A stretch of DNA of 50,491 nucleotides, taken from contig CAJVPI010000132.1 in the NCBI GenBank assembly GCA_910592345.1, positions 1 to 50,491 of the forward strand. Direction: 5' to 3'. This document shows positions 1-13,900 of this stretch, one piece after another. Made by a program: the position numbers and the translations under genes. Position 1 is the first letter of the stretch. Each line of letters starts with the position of its first letter. Below the pieces are notes generated by a model. The model saw nothing but the letters and a program-made list of their open reading frames with translations. It was not told the origin of the DNA and did not search any database. Source of the stretch: Paraglomus brasilianum (taxonomy: Eukaryota).

Positions 1-159
1 CTGGAAAATTTAAGGAGTTATTATTATGTACGTTTAGATGATACAACCGGTAGGATACTTTTGCACGTTACTGTATATAAAGTAACGAAAAAATTATGAG
101 GTATATATTAAACACTTGTCTGCGATTTAGATATTAAGTTTTATATATTATGAGTTGAC

Positions 160-540
160 TTATAGATCGAAAAATTTGGATGCCTGATTAACGAAACACT
201 TGATCTTTTGTATTCTTTCCGGAATGACGATTTCTGGCTTTTCATCATACCATACCCTCGAGTAGGAAAATTCTGTTATCTTGACACATGCATCTTTTTA
301 GACGATCGCGATTAACAATGTCTTCGAGCTTTTTAACGTCTTTATACCAGCCAGTATTATAAAGCCGATGTTGAGCTCCTTGAACTTCTAATGCGATTCG
401 ATGTTTTCTAAAAAAGGCGTCAAGTTCTAACCCATTCAAAAAAGGAGGGCGATACTCAATTATTGGTCCCTCATCAAGAATTTCCATAGCTATCTGAATA
501 CAAATGGCCTAATGTTTTTTTCGAACAATCTTTCCCCCCT
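160..540 (-). pseudogene. Disrupted Vsr/DUF559-like PD-(D/E)XK endonuclease (large-DNA-virus-like nuclease family)
   Basis: ORF 245-487 has RPPFLNGLELDAFF...IALEVQGAQH...DRLKRCMC...IFLLE. A 1-nt frameshift at ~255 continues as VWYDEKPEIVIPERIQKIKCFVNQASKFFDL*. An in-frame TAG lies upstream (RKKH*AICIQIAMEIL). Confidence 0.6.
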
Positions 541-907
541 CAAACCTAAAAAAAGTAGTGTATTATTACATGCAGAATCACCATCAAGAATGTAATTATC
601 GCCAAATCTCAGCGAAAGCTGGTACAACCAAAAACGATGGATCGCATAATTAACACGTCCAGTACACTTTAGCTTTGTCTCGTCATAAAATCTGATTATA
701 TTCGGGGAAAAATCGATTAGCATATATGAATGATAAAATGTGATACAGAAACGCCGTGAAAGCTTCGGTTCGGATAAAATGGTTTGGAGAGAAATCTCTT
801 ATCATGTAACAGACTGATTTTTTTTGCCAAATCGCGTGATTTTTGTCGATCGTGATGTATTATGCAATCAATCGATATAAATTTTTCCTTTGATCCAACC
901 AGCGGAA

Positions 908-2269
908 ATGTCTTCCAGTATGACCTATTATTTTCGTAGGAGAGTTTTACCAGCTCGCCTCAATACACGTCAAGTTATGTTCCTTCAACCACAAAAAATT
1001 GCGTTAAGAAGTTCAAATCCTCATATGTTTCTTTCGAGACCTTATACAAATTCCGCTCCTAATGAGTCTGCTTCCTTCGCCTGGAAAAAGAAATGGGTTC
1101 CAGTACAAATCTATTTACGTTCTATCAACTGGAAACAACGAATGTGGTATTAGGACTTTTGTCAAGTGGTAGTGTAGTCTTCCTAGCAGGAGATCTTCTT
1201 TATGTTTGGTGGGTATACCAATCTAATGAGCGACGTGTCAACAAAACTATGGAAAAAGGCACTCGACCACAGTTGGCGGTGTTGGAGGATGAGTATGTTC
1301 CTCGGCCTAAAGTTATAGAGCGCCTTAAGGGAATTTTTCAACCAAATAAAAATCATTCATATTATCATGCTGTTTGCGGAGAACATGGGACTGGAAAAAC
1401 GACATTGACCAGAATAGTGGCAAACGAAGTTGGGAAAGGTGTTATATACATTGATATTCCTTCAAATTTTAACAAGTTAGGTGACGAGTTTGGAAAAGCT
1501 ATCAATTTCACTTTCGAAGAAGATGCCTCACTTACAATGCAACTGAAGCGAAAAATTTTTAGAGAGACTGGGGGTGAGATTTTTATTTCTGTTTTATTGT
1601 TTGAGACCATCATTTTTAATTCTTTTATAGATGAAACTAAACGTGCCTCTGAAGTGTATAAAACGAAGTATGGCAAACCACCGGTCATTGTTTATGACAA
1701 CATCAGCCGTATAGCTCACAAGAATCCGGAAATCCTCGACATCCTTCAAGATGATGCCAAGGATAATGCCGATGACAGAAAGTACATTGCAGTGTTTGTT
1801 AGTAGCGAAGGAAGTGTTCCTCGAAGAATGCAGTGTAAGTTCTAACAAGGTTTTTTTTTGACTCTCTTACTGTCATATTTATAAATCAATATTCTTATTT
1901 CTAGCACGTAGTGCTTGGTCACGTGCAAGAGCTCCGATCGAAATTGGTGATATCTCCAGAGAAGAATCATTGAACTACCTGATCAACAGGCGTGGAATCA
2001 AGACTGTAAAGGAAGGCAAGATTGATACTACAGACGCAGAGAAATTATATGATTTGGTTGGTGGACGCATTTTAGATCTAAAGTCCGTAGCAGATGAATA
2101 TCAGCAAGGGCAATCCATTGAAGGTAGAATTAGTTTTGATATTTTACATTACGTGGTTCTGCTTTAACAAAAGATATTGTTGTTTCATTATTTGAATATC
2201 TTTATTGCTTTTACAGTTATTGAACACGAAATTTTAGTGAAAGTCGAGGACAAATTCAAACTCAATTAA
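908..2269 (+). pseudogene. P-loop (AAA/ATPase_2-like) ATPase with presequence-like N-terminus and one TM helix; frameshifted and apparently 3'-truncated
   Basis: Arg/Ser-rich N-terminus from ATG 908, frameshift near 1130, TM segment, Walker A GEHGTGKT, Walker B VIVYDN. GT-AG introns at 1574-1630, 1835-1904 and 2124-2216. The last exon stops at 2269, directly against transposase sequence. Confidence 0.7.
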
Positions 2270-3745
2270 AAGAAATCGTGCAAGTGAATGGCCGGAACTG
2301 GAAAATGCATTAGCAACTTGGATAGATCATGTATTACACGATAATGGGTGTTATTGTTTGTCAAAAAGCAGAAGATTATGCCAGGAGACTTAATATTGAT
2401 GGATTTTCAGCATCCGAGGAAAGTATTAAGTTATCGTTCAGTAAGAAAGATATATGCATTTACACGTAATAATAATTATTTAATTATCATTTATTTCAAT
2501 AGGGATGGTTGTCGAATTTCAAGAAGCGAAAGCATATAACGGAACATTATAAATTGGGAGAGGCAGCAAGTGCACCGCTCGACGATTTGCCAGCATTTAG
2601 AACAGAATTAAAGCCGTTAATTGCAATATGATTTACATGATGTCTACAATGCGGATGAAACTGGCCTCTATTGGAAATTAGAGCCTAACAAATCGCTTTC
2701 TAGTGGTTCTCTTACTGTGCCAAAAAACCTAAAGACAGGGGTAATGCTTGCGTGTAATGTAACAGGCACTCGCTGTCTTTATCCATCGATATAAAAATCC
2801 CAAATGTTGATAAAAACCACTCCCAGTATGGTATTATTGGAACAATCGATATTCCAATCTTGGATTAAACGCGTTAACGAGCTAATGCGAAAAGAGAGCA
2901 GAAACATTTTGCTATTAGTGGACAACGCTTCTTCTCATCAATTGGAAGAAAGTGAAACGTTAAGCAACGTTAGACTACACTTTCTCCCACCTAACACTAC
3001 CGCCCACCTTCAACGAATTGATCAGGGAATAATTCATTCGTTTAAGTCAAGTCTAACTATAGAAAATACTTGTGTAAAGATAGGATAGATGCATTTGATC
3101 GGTTTCAGGAATATGGAACTGAGATTCCTACTTTAAATATTTTAAATGCAATCGACTGGGTTGCAGAATCGTGGAGAAATGTGACTGAAGATGTAATATA
3201 GGTGCTGGGAGAGAACTGATATTCTGCCTGACTATGACGAGTCGGAAGTCATTAACTATGAACCACCAGATAATGACATTGAGATAGAAGATGAAATCGT
3301 ACAATCAAATGATCGTTGATTATTCCGTCACGAGAGCAAAAGACTATAATGAAATTGACAGTACTTTAGAAACAAACGATATTCCTGATGATAATGAAAT
3401 TATTGCAGCCGTCCAAGAAGCTCCTGAGAATAGAGAAGATGTCGACAAAAATGAGGGTTTTATGGTATCTAACAAAGTGGCTTTAGAAAGCATTCAAAAT
3501 TTATATAACCATTTGCAGCGGAAAATAACGATATAAAAGTAAAGAGTTTATTAATTTCAGGGTTAAGAGACTTAAAATGGGAAATTGTGAAGAAGCGAAC
3601 GGATTCTTCGATGCAAACGAGCATGGATATTTATTTAGAATAATGGGTTTCCATCTTTTATATAAAAATAATTTTTACTAAATTAGTCACGCGGATTCGA
3701 TAAGTCGGTTTCCCTCGATAAGTCGGTCTGATAAGTCGGTCTCGG
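2270..3745 (+). mobile_element. Decayed pogo/Tigger (CENP-B HTH + DDE_1) DNA transposon
   Basis: Fragments EWPELENALATWIDH, GWLSNFKKR, DVYNADETGLYWK, ILLLVDNASSH and FLPPNTTAHLQRIDQGIIHSFK across several frameshifts and stops. C-terminus QTSMDIYLE* at ~3642. Confidence 0.85.
3697..3740 (+). repeat. Three direct copies of GATAAGTCGGT, probable subterminal repeats of the pogo element
   Basis: Copies read at ~3699, ~3717 and ~3730, just 3' of the transposase end. Confidence 0.65.
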
Positions 3746-4222
3746 ATGGCTGGCGTCTTAAAAAGAAAACACGTACTAATGTATGTTTCTCATTCATGCA
3801 TGTCATGACATAATAATAACCGTTAACGTTTTGTTTACTTTCCTCATATAGTAATAGTCAATCCCGACATCATGGAACGAGCTGCTGTGTAAGAGGATCA
3901 GCTTGATATAATCAGAATTTTAACATAGTTGATAGTGTAATCAAATGTACAAATGTTTATTGTAAACTAAAACTTTTGTTAGAAATATAGCCAATTCGCA
4001 TCTTATGGATGTATACAAGAAAAAAAGATTTGATTCAAAGAATACATTATTTAGATTTCCAATAATCCTAAACTAATAAAATATTCAACTATAATAAAGG
4101 CAAAAACACACCGATGTAGTTGTAAAATACAAAAACAATAATAAAATAATAAAATAAAATAAAAATCATAATTGATACCCGTAGTAAATATTCAAATAAT
4201 AATAATACATCTTTCTCTATAC

Positions 4223-7200
4223 CTATGGAACGGCAACGACAAATCTTGTCTGCGTTCCTTTATTACTCCTCTCCCATCTTTCAGCCTCTTTATCTCTCTT
4301 CAATGTCCTCACAACATTCTCCAACTTCTTCTTTTCCTCCCTCTCACGATGCAATAATGCTTGTTGTTCACTTCTCAAATCGGCCATCATTTTTCTAAAT
4401 TCTTTTCTTAGCGTAGCGGTTGTCGGAAGATCCTTTCCTACTACACCGAGATGTTTGATTCTCTCGTCTGCTAATTCATTTTCTAACCGTTCACAGTTCT
4501 TTTGCAGGACATCAACTGCTCCCTCAAGCTTCTGCCGCTCGCCATCAAAGTCAATGAAATTCTTTGTCAATCGATCAAATTCACGAAGAATTCCATCGTA
4601 TTCTGTCTGTAATCTCTCGCTACATTGCTCGAATTTCTGCTCTCGGAGGGCAAACTGATCTTGAGCACCAGCTAATATGTCGTCTAGCCCTCTTATCTGC
4701 TGCAGCAAGGACGATTTCTCAGCTTCAAGGTTTTCCCTCACCGATCTTAAATGCATTATTTCGGCCTCGGCTTCGTTGAGTTGAGCTTTAATCTTCGCTG
4801 TCTCACCGTCAGCATTCAAACGATTAAACCGGGCCAAACCATCAGTAGCTGCTTTGAGTTCGGCGAGCTCAGTTTTGAAGCGGACAATATCGCTCTCAAG
4901 ATGGTTTATCGTTACTTCGCGCCGATCAAGAGTACGAGACTTTGTACTGAGCATTTCCTCGAGCTCCTTGACAACCTGCGAAGCCTTGTCCCGTTCACTC
5001 GTCATATTAGTAATGTCTTGTCTCAACCTCGAAATGACACCATCTAGCTCTTTTATTTGGGCTTCATACTCTTGTGCTTGAGCTTCTATTTGTTGTTGGA
5101 GTTCCTCATGCTTGGATCGACCATCATTTATAACTTGAATTATACTCTGGCGTTTAAGAGTGGCTTCATATTTGCGTACCTTCTCTTTCGTCTCGGCAAA
5201 TTTCTCTTGAACTTCGAGAAGTTTTTGTTGGAGGGCCGATTCTTTTTCAGACGATGAGCTCACGGCATATTTTGCTTCTTGTGCACGAATTTCAGCGTCC
5301 TGCAAGCGTACTTTGGTATCTTCTAATTCGCGCTGTGTTTCTTCTAATGTTTCTTTTGCATCAGTATATTCGTTAGCTTTATCAAGTTGAGACTGCATCA
5401 TCTCTTGTTGAGTCTGAAGCATTGTGATAGAGTCCATAAGCCGCTTGTTCTCGTCCTTAATGTTACGTATCCTGGAAAAGAAGACATCTATGCTGAAGCT
5501 AGTTCGAACTTTTCCAGTAGATAAGTCATCAAACACTCTCTGAAGCGAATTCAACAACTTCTCATAATCCTGATTCACTTGAACAAGTTGTGATTCTAGT
5601 TCTTGTCGTTGCTGAGAAGCCATTAATCTGTCTTCATTAACTGCATCTAATTCACGAATCCGTTCTTCTAGATCTTCAACTTTCCTAGCCTTGATTTCTA
5701 ATTCAGATAACCGATTCTCTGACGTCTCTCTAGCCCGTTGCTGTTCTTGCAATGCTTCCCTTAAAATATCACGTTCTTGAGCGAGGTTTGAGAGACTTGA
5801 CTCTATTGACCTGGTATCTCCTTCTGCATTCTGTTTAACCGCAACCATCTCTTGTTCCATGCGATATAACTTGAACTGATAATTTTCAAGAATTTTCTCT
5901 AATGTTTTGAGGTTCTTCGTTATGTTTTTAGACTGCTCATTCTGTATGCTTTGAGTCATTGTGGATAAGCGATTATATGACGATCCGGAATCTGATTCAT
6001 CCCCATCCTCTTCTTCATCGGTAGTAGACGAAGCCGTATCTCTTTGTGCCTGTTTGTGGTGACGAAGTATGATATCTAAACTCCTAGAAACTTCTTCAAA
6101 TTCAGTACGCAGTTCTACAATGGTGCGCTCTCTGACTTCGGAGCTTGTATCATCAACTTTGCTTTTTAGCTCTTCGATTTCCTTGTCCTTCCTTTTTATT
6201 GAAAACCTCGCTTCTCCGAGTGTTTTGTGTGCTAGTTGTAGATTAGCTTCCAAGCTTGATACTTTATTTGCCAGATTAGGGTCAATTCTAGCCTCAAGTC
6301 CCATCAATTCATTATAGAGGTGGTCTATTCCATTATTTACTGACACCATTTGATGTTCATATAAAGAAGGCTTTGGATATTCTTGTTGTCGTTGATGTTG
6401 CAGCTGTAGTTGTTTTTCTTCTAGCTTCCGCACACCTAAACACATTATACCAGCCATATGTTGAAGCAGCTTGCGCTGAATTTCGCCCGCGCGTTGGGTA
6501 AGTTTCCATAACTCAGAGGCTACATGATCCACTTTACGATTTGCCTGAGTGAGATGATCATTTGCCTGGCGGGAGAGGCGTTTGTTTGATGCATGTAAAC
6601 GGGAAAGCGAATTAGCAGCTTCGCGAATTTTAGTTTCAAGTGAGAGTTTATTATTTAAAGCTGCTATACGGGTTTTAAGCAAAGCGTGGTCCTGGAAGAT
6701 GAATTGATAAAATGTGTAAGTATAAAGAGATCGCTCATTATTACTCCCCCTCCCCCTCCCCACTGTATTAACGCTATTATTGTTACTTAGCCTATCTGCA
6801 ATAAACAAACCTTCTTCAATTCTTCAACTTCGTCTATTGACAAAATCTCAAAGTCTCTCGCATCGACGACTGCTTGACTGATCAATAATTGTATCAGCAT
6901 ATCGTCAGCGGTGTCCATTAATGACGTACTAGTGCTCTTGGGTGTTGTCGTCTGAAGCATTGCTTCTGACGATGCCAACAGATCACCTGCAATTGCAAGC
7001 GAAGGTAACTTCATTCGTGGCGATAGTGGGGGTGATGCAGTGTCGATTGGTGATGCAGAAGAATTGGTAAGATCCGACGGCCTCCTTCCTGATTTTGGCC
7101 TCATAATTTCAGACTCCTCAAGCGCTTTGACGGTAGTGGAAGACGTATCTATTGACAATCTTTCCGACCCTATAGGTAATTGAGGCTTAGCGTCTGTTGC

Positions 7201-7464
7201 TGTCGGTAGTATTTGAATTGTTGATGTGACAGGTACTATTGTTGTTTGGATTGAGCTGGATGTGGAAACTTGGCCCGAGTTGCGGAGTGGGGATTTTGCA
7301 GGAGTGCGTGGCTTCTGGGAGAGGAAAGCGAGGTCAGATCTTTTTGTAGGATATACTCCAGGACTAACCGGAACGTCATCGTCTATTGGACGTTCGACTG
7401 GACGTTCAAGAACAGGACGTTCAACCGGCTTTCGTTTTATATATGTCGCCTTTGTTGCGGACAT
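4223..7464 (-). CDS. Uds1 (up-regulated during septation)-domain long coiled-coil protein, 2 exons
   Basis: Exons 7464-6811 and 6691-4223, GT-AG intron 6810-6692. Joined sequence LLISQAVVDARDFEILSIDEVEELKK|DHALLKTRIAALNNKLSLETKIREAANSLSRLH matches the Uds1 signature, followed by extensive heptad repeats. Confidence 0.8.
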
Positions 7465-10394
7465 TGAAAGTAGTTATTAAGTTATTAGAATTAATGCTGG
7501 AGTGTTGGTGATGTCTTTTATTTATATATGGAGATTCGTCGCGTTCCTTTGTTAATTGAGTGGAGCATTAGCGAGTGGATGGGTGATTAACAGAGCACGT
7601 AGTTATCGGAAAAGAGGAGGGATATGTTGCCGGTATATTAGCGACTTTTTTGTAAGAATAATAATAGTAAATAAGTCCGCTTCCGGCCGGGTGAGCAACC
7701 TGTTTGACATCGAGAATCACTCTAACAGAGTTATGTTACACGATGTAACTGAGAAAGACTCATGGCTGTGCAATGCATTAATATAGACAGACGTTCACCT
7801 CGTGATTGCCAAATTCTACCTTATCGTTAATCAATAATTAACGAACAAGAGACGCTCCTTCTTTTATAAACATAACGACTTACTGCAAACGAAAAGTGTA
7901 TAGATTAAAGTTTAGTTTGATGTCGAAGATAGCCGATCCATCCATTCTCTTATCTCATGAACTCTATGTTTCTACGTCTGCACGTGTAAAAGGATAACAA
8001 GGCTTAGCAATAACTTTATTTTACTTGAATGGCTCGAAATGCATCTTGGCAGCGCGCTGGCACTTTTAGCGTGGGACACCCGTGAAGAACCACGTGATTA
8101 ATCAAAAACTTTTTTTTTTATTTTGCTTTATAAAGATAAAATAATAATAAAGACAATTAATTGTGTTAACCGTGCTCGTAACGTTTGCCTATCTGCCCTC
8201 AAAAAGTTGAATTGCTTTTGAATAGAGTCGGCCAAAATGTCTTTACGATTCTCAACCATAAAAATTAATATACGAGCTGATTTGATTCATAAAGTATTAT
8301 TAATAGTGAGGTTTAAAACTCTTGGCAGTTGAGATAATAAAAATGCAAGCGTTTTGAACAAAATCTTTTGATGTTAAACATTCGCATGGAAATGCTTGCT
8401 TGCCAGGATCAACCATACAATGTCTAATGAGAGTCGTACGATACGCAGTTTGGGAAGAATTGTATCCATCCGATACTTGGATTTGACTCAAGTCCATTGA
8501 GTTGTTATAATAGCATAAGCACAGTTTTGCGACTGTTGAAGAACAGTACCAATAAAGACTTGTGAATCAGACTGTTATGATAGTAATGTTAATTTGTCAG
8601 TCCAAAAGTTTCAAAGTCAGCAATGACAAATGCGCTTTTAATTCTATTTGTTAAACGTGATCTTTGTGTGCGAGTATAAATGTATGCCTATTATTATTAT
8701 AGGCATTCATTACCCCTTAATTGCAACTGTTATCTTGCGTATACATAATATGCGCAATTACGTGTTGTATAACATCATAATGTCGTCGAATCAAGTATCG
8801 TATAATATTAGTCTCATTTAAGCATTAATTTTAAGAGTTTTTTTGTTTCAACCTTTTGGATAGCATATAATTATTTATATACAGTATATGCTACCAAACA
8901 CCATTGCGCGCTTACAGTTATGAGCAGTCCATGACGTATAAAAACTATTTCTATTCGTCGATTATTGAGTCGAATTTCTTACTGCTGAAACAGTCATAAC
9001 TCTTCGATCGTAATTAAAGTTTCCAAATCTTATAGTTCTATAACTGCTTAGTATTAGTATTTGTCATACAGCTTGTAAATCATTTCTATACGCATATCCA
9101 ATTCATTCATCGTTATTGCTGAAATGAAATTGGGGTCTCTTTTAAGCCTCTGAAACCTCTTACCCCAAATCTTACCCCAAATCCTATGCCAAATCCCAAA
9201 AAGGCAGCCCCCAAAAAATTTTAAATTTCATTCTATTTTAATCTGTCACATTTATTACTATTAATATTAAGGAGGTTGATGATTTTCGGATGAAAATGAT
9301 TATTTTTGGAAGAAGCCGTCGTTCTGGTCTTAACCGTCCAATAGTAGACAGTATCAAGGACGTCGCATCAGTAATAAAGCTCAACATCTGCAGTAATAAT
9401 GATAAACACTATATCGACCAAAAACTGCATGGAGTTTCTAATTTTATATCCACTTAAATGTATGGCTGTCTGCAGGCACATTTGCCCTTTCCCTTTTTTG
9501 ACTAATGCTCATTATCCTCTCGTGAATAAGGGCCCACCTTCATCATATTATTCATGAGATGTTTGGTTGCGCCTTAAATACAATGATGATAGTCAATAAT
9601 TCGGACACACTTTTATGGTCGTACAGCATATCCTGAATATGGGTTGATCTTTATCAATATCAATATAACCAGCACAAATTCCGGACTCAATCATAAGAGT
9701 AAAGGTGTTCAACCCATGTGATAATTGGTCTGTACAAGCTCTAAGTTAGAGAAAAACGATAAGAGTATCGATCTACTGATAATTAACAATTGGAAGGGAC
9801 AAGATATTAATGGCATAATAAAGTTATGTATAATATATAATATATTATTTACTGATGCGGAATTAAAAGCAGCAGCGATTTCATATTCAATATTATTTAT
9901 CAGAAATTTTATTATGCCATCGTGCATACACATTTTTCAGTTCTCACAATAAATCTTAAATTTATTCGTTCAAGGAACATTTTACCTCTTTGCTTCTTCA
10001 CCATCCAACTTTTAACAGCTTGGAGTGTCGCTGGATCTCTCGGATAGTAATTTTTACTCAACATTCTAGATACTACGGCTTGGCATATTCTCTAATCTCC
10101 CTTGCACATCTTGAACAACCAAAATTAGCTGATCCGCACTTATTATGGGTGGACGCTGGGAGGAGATATTTATCGATATCCAAATTTCTTTGGGCAATGT
10201 CGAATGTCTTTAATATTTTATGGTGTACTTTAATGTTCTTCGAGTACGTTCAGCAATTTGCCTATTAATATTCCTGTATGAAATACTGCTTCAACTCTGG
10301 ATTGTATAGAGGATTTGTTCAGCATCGGGAGTGACATATGCGGGGGTACATGTATGGTATTGTGTTCATTGTTACATCACCTGTTAAATTGTCA

Positions 10395-10920
10395 CACTCT
10401 AACAGACAATGCAAAAAAGCTCGTATGACGAACATGATCAATGTCATACCAAGAAATGGCTAAGCGTCATACTAATACGGTTATTAATAAGCATCATACG
10501 ACTGTTAACAGACAATGCGAAGTTTAATGTTGTGGCCTAATTCACTTACAACATATGATTGCTAACAGATAATGCAAACATTGTTCAATGTCCTCTGATT
10601 CGCTTACAACGATAGATAGTAATATTAATAAGCGTCATACGATTGCTAATAGACAATGCGAACGCTGTTCTTGTTAATGGATGGGAAACCCGCTTAAACG
10701 GCTTTCGCAGAAAACCAGCTAGCTCCAAGTTAGAATCATACCAAGGAATGGCCTGATTCACTTATAACGATAGAAACATCAGAACTGATATTATCAGCTG
10801 TTAAATTAATTCCAATGAAATATTACTACTAGCAGATCGAAAGGTCACTTTCAGCAAACAAACTCTAACACTGATTAATGCTATACCAAATAAATGATCC
10901 GATTCATTTACCAAGATAGA
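10395..10920. repeat. Degenerate short dispersed repeats
   Basis: TAACAGACAATGC-like motif at ~10400, 10506, 10564 and 10647; ATTC(A/G)CTTACAAC-like motif at ~10540, 10598 and 10756. Confidence 0.5.
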
Positions 10921-13900
10921 AACAATCTCTAATATTAAGATAACCAATAACAACATTCACTAATTTGACTACAAGTTCAAAATAGTGTAATTTAGGCAAA
11001 AGTGATAAACGAAAGACGTCCGGAATTTGTGCTGGTTATATTGATGAAGATCAAACCATATTCAGAATATGCTGTACAACCACAAAAGTGTCTGACTATA
11101 ATAAAACAATGCAAAACGATCTACAATCATCGTCACGTAACAATTGTCCACGTTATCTCTATTTATTACATAATCACGAACTATAATTCAATAATTCATA
11201 TAAAATAAATAAAGTACCGTAATATATGACGTCGATCGTTGATTTGATAAGGGACCAGCTACTTCATAACATTACGGGCCTTATTCACGATTGAAGGCTA
11301 ATTCTCAAGCATCGATAATAATAATAGCACCATACAGTTAATTAAGAGCCAAAAGATAACCGTGTTTGCAAACTGTTAACTGACCGTCTGAGTTGAATCT
11401 CTGCCACCCGATTTAACGGTTATAAGCATCAATAATTTGGGTTCTAACAATATTATTTGCATTAGAACTATTTCTCACAGTCTGCATCACTCACATGTTA
11501 CATCCCTTTTTTTTTTTATTTTCTCTCTTACCTCCTCCCACTCTATTCGCTACAGCAGATAGGGTGTCATCCATAATCTGCAGTTATCTGTACCATGTGC
11601 TAACCCATGCGAGTTTTAGTCATGAGGTTACCTCAACCTCCTCAATTAAAAGCATTATCATCTTTCTTATCCCATGTGGATCTGTTACGGTCGGATGGTC
11701 TGGGTTTGGGAGAGCGATAGTCTTTCGCGTAGGGTGTTCTTCCGACCGGGGGGATGTTTTCAGATTTAGCTTCGCGTTACCGCCCTTATTACGGTAATTG
11801 TTCAATTAAGATTGAATTCTAAATCTACAAGTGACCTAATTTAATATTTAAATCCGCGCTTCTTAACTCCCTATACGAGCTTCAGTCACTCATAATCCTG
11901 CCTACGATTAGAATAATAACAATTATTATTCTAACGCAGAAATAAATCTATTTATAAATTAAATTTGATTTGGTGTTTCGATAGTCTTGTATCTATCACT
12001 TGTCACTGATAAAAACTAATTAAACAATTAATTAATTACGAGCTCTCTTTTCTCCGATCTGGAGTAATCCATCAGCGGACAACTTATACAGCTTGGTAGA
12101 GCCGTTTATTAGTGTGTCCGGTCAAATAATTAATATTTCAGCGATGAAGGAAAGTAAAATTTCGATTTCAAAGGGAATCATTTATTTGATTGTTCTTCCG
12201 TGGATGGGCACTGTTATTTTAACAATATGAACTAGACAACAATAGACAACATGAACAACATGAGAATTCGACGATGGGATAAGGTTGCTTATATACTTTA
12301 GCGACAACTTCTAAGTTAGCAAATGGTGTTTGTGTTGACACTGAAAAATCGACACATTTTCTGTGCCTGACACACTCTCAAAAATCGACACAGTGTATCT
12401 GACCCTTAATTTTGTGACTATTATGCTATTTCATTAAGAATAGTAATTTAGCTTGTCCTGGAGATGTAAACACATATTAAAGAATATGTGACGGAAAAAT
12501 AAATTCCTAAATTTTCTTTATTGGGGCAGGGTATTATATTCGTAGACTAAATTTTTTTGTTACTTTATTATGAATTTATAGAGTCGAAGACAGATGAGCC
12601 ATTGAGGAGTAATGACCTTTGAAGACAGACTTACAGTACATCCCTTAAACTCATACTTCCTCTCCAACTTCCCTCTCCCATTTTTTTAAACCCTTGCATT
12701 GTTTCTACATCTTCAGAGCTTTCATTCGTAATTCTAATACTTAGTAACATCAGATGATATAAAGCAATTTTGTTGGTGAGTTCGCAAATTTGCCGACAAT
12801 AGACTTTGAGGGATACTTGTAAGTATTATTAATAATCTTTGTTGTTTTGTTACTATTCTAATAACAAACCATTTCTAAATTTTATCAATTTTCACATCAT
12901 TGTTACTAGCGCTAACTCATAGACAAAACTGCGTATTTATAGTAAAAATTACATAATTTTACCAGCTTAATAATTATGAGCTTTTTAGGACACAAAGAAT
13001 AAACAAAAAACGAAGATTACATTTTGCACGTCTGTTGAACTTTTACTTGATGTTTAAAAACATTAAACTCTTATCAGCAGCGTTTAATTTATGGGCTATA
13101 TGGGGAAAATACAAGCTATGCAAGCGATTGAACAATTGCTGCCCTAACAGTACTACTATATGTTCATTATTACTACTAATAATCAAAAGATTATTACTCT
13201 CTATACGCAATTTATTTGCACGCCCACGTCTTTTGAAAACATGAGAATTCTCCTATTATACGGCTTAATTTTAAATTCTACATAGAACTTTACACATGTC
13301 ATTGCTGGCCAGTACATTAGCACTTCTTCCGTTTTTCAACATTGAGTTAACGCTTTAAAGTATTATCCTCCTGTAGAATCCTGTTTAAGTTACCCGTTGC
13401 TCGCAAGCTAACAGTTCTCTAAATATTATGGACATAATCTATCTACAGCATATTAACTTACTGTATTGACTAATGAATCGTCCTCTGTCAATTGCTTTTC
13501 ATTATTTATCAGCTTGTCCGTCATCGGTTCTATAAGACTATATTACAGTTAGAGAAAAAGTCTAAACGCTATAAAGATTGAATTTTCTGGCACATTCTCA
13601 TAACCTTAACATTTCATATTTTCGAAATACGGCAGTGAAGTATAATATTAATTAGAATTAAAAAACAAAACAAAAAGCAACTATTTCTTCATTTAAGAGC
13701 GCTTCATCTATACCTCGACCACTGCTCCCTATTACTATTATTGCTAGATCGAAACCTCCTTAATTAATAGACGGACGGGAAAAGATTCCTTCCAGAATAA
13801 TCGTTGACGACAGTGGGAATCATACACATAATAATAATAAAGACATGAACTATTATTGGAAAATTTCCGTACGTAACCAAAATCCATTTTCAAAGCTAGC

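Noticed and set aside
4172..7480. Several plus-strand ORFs over the Uds1-domain gene
   Set aside because: Antisense shadows with no recognisable motifs.
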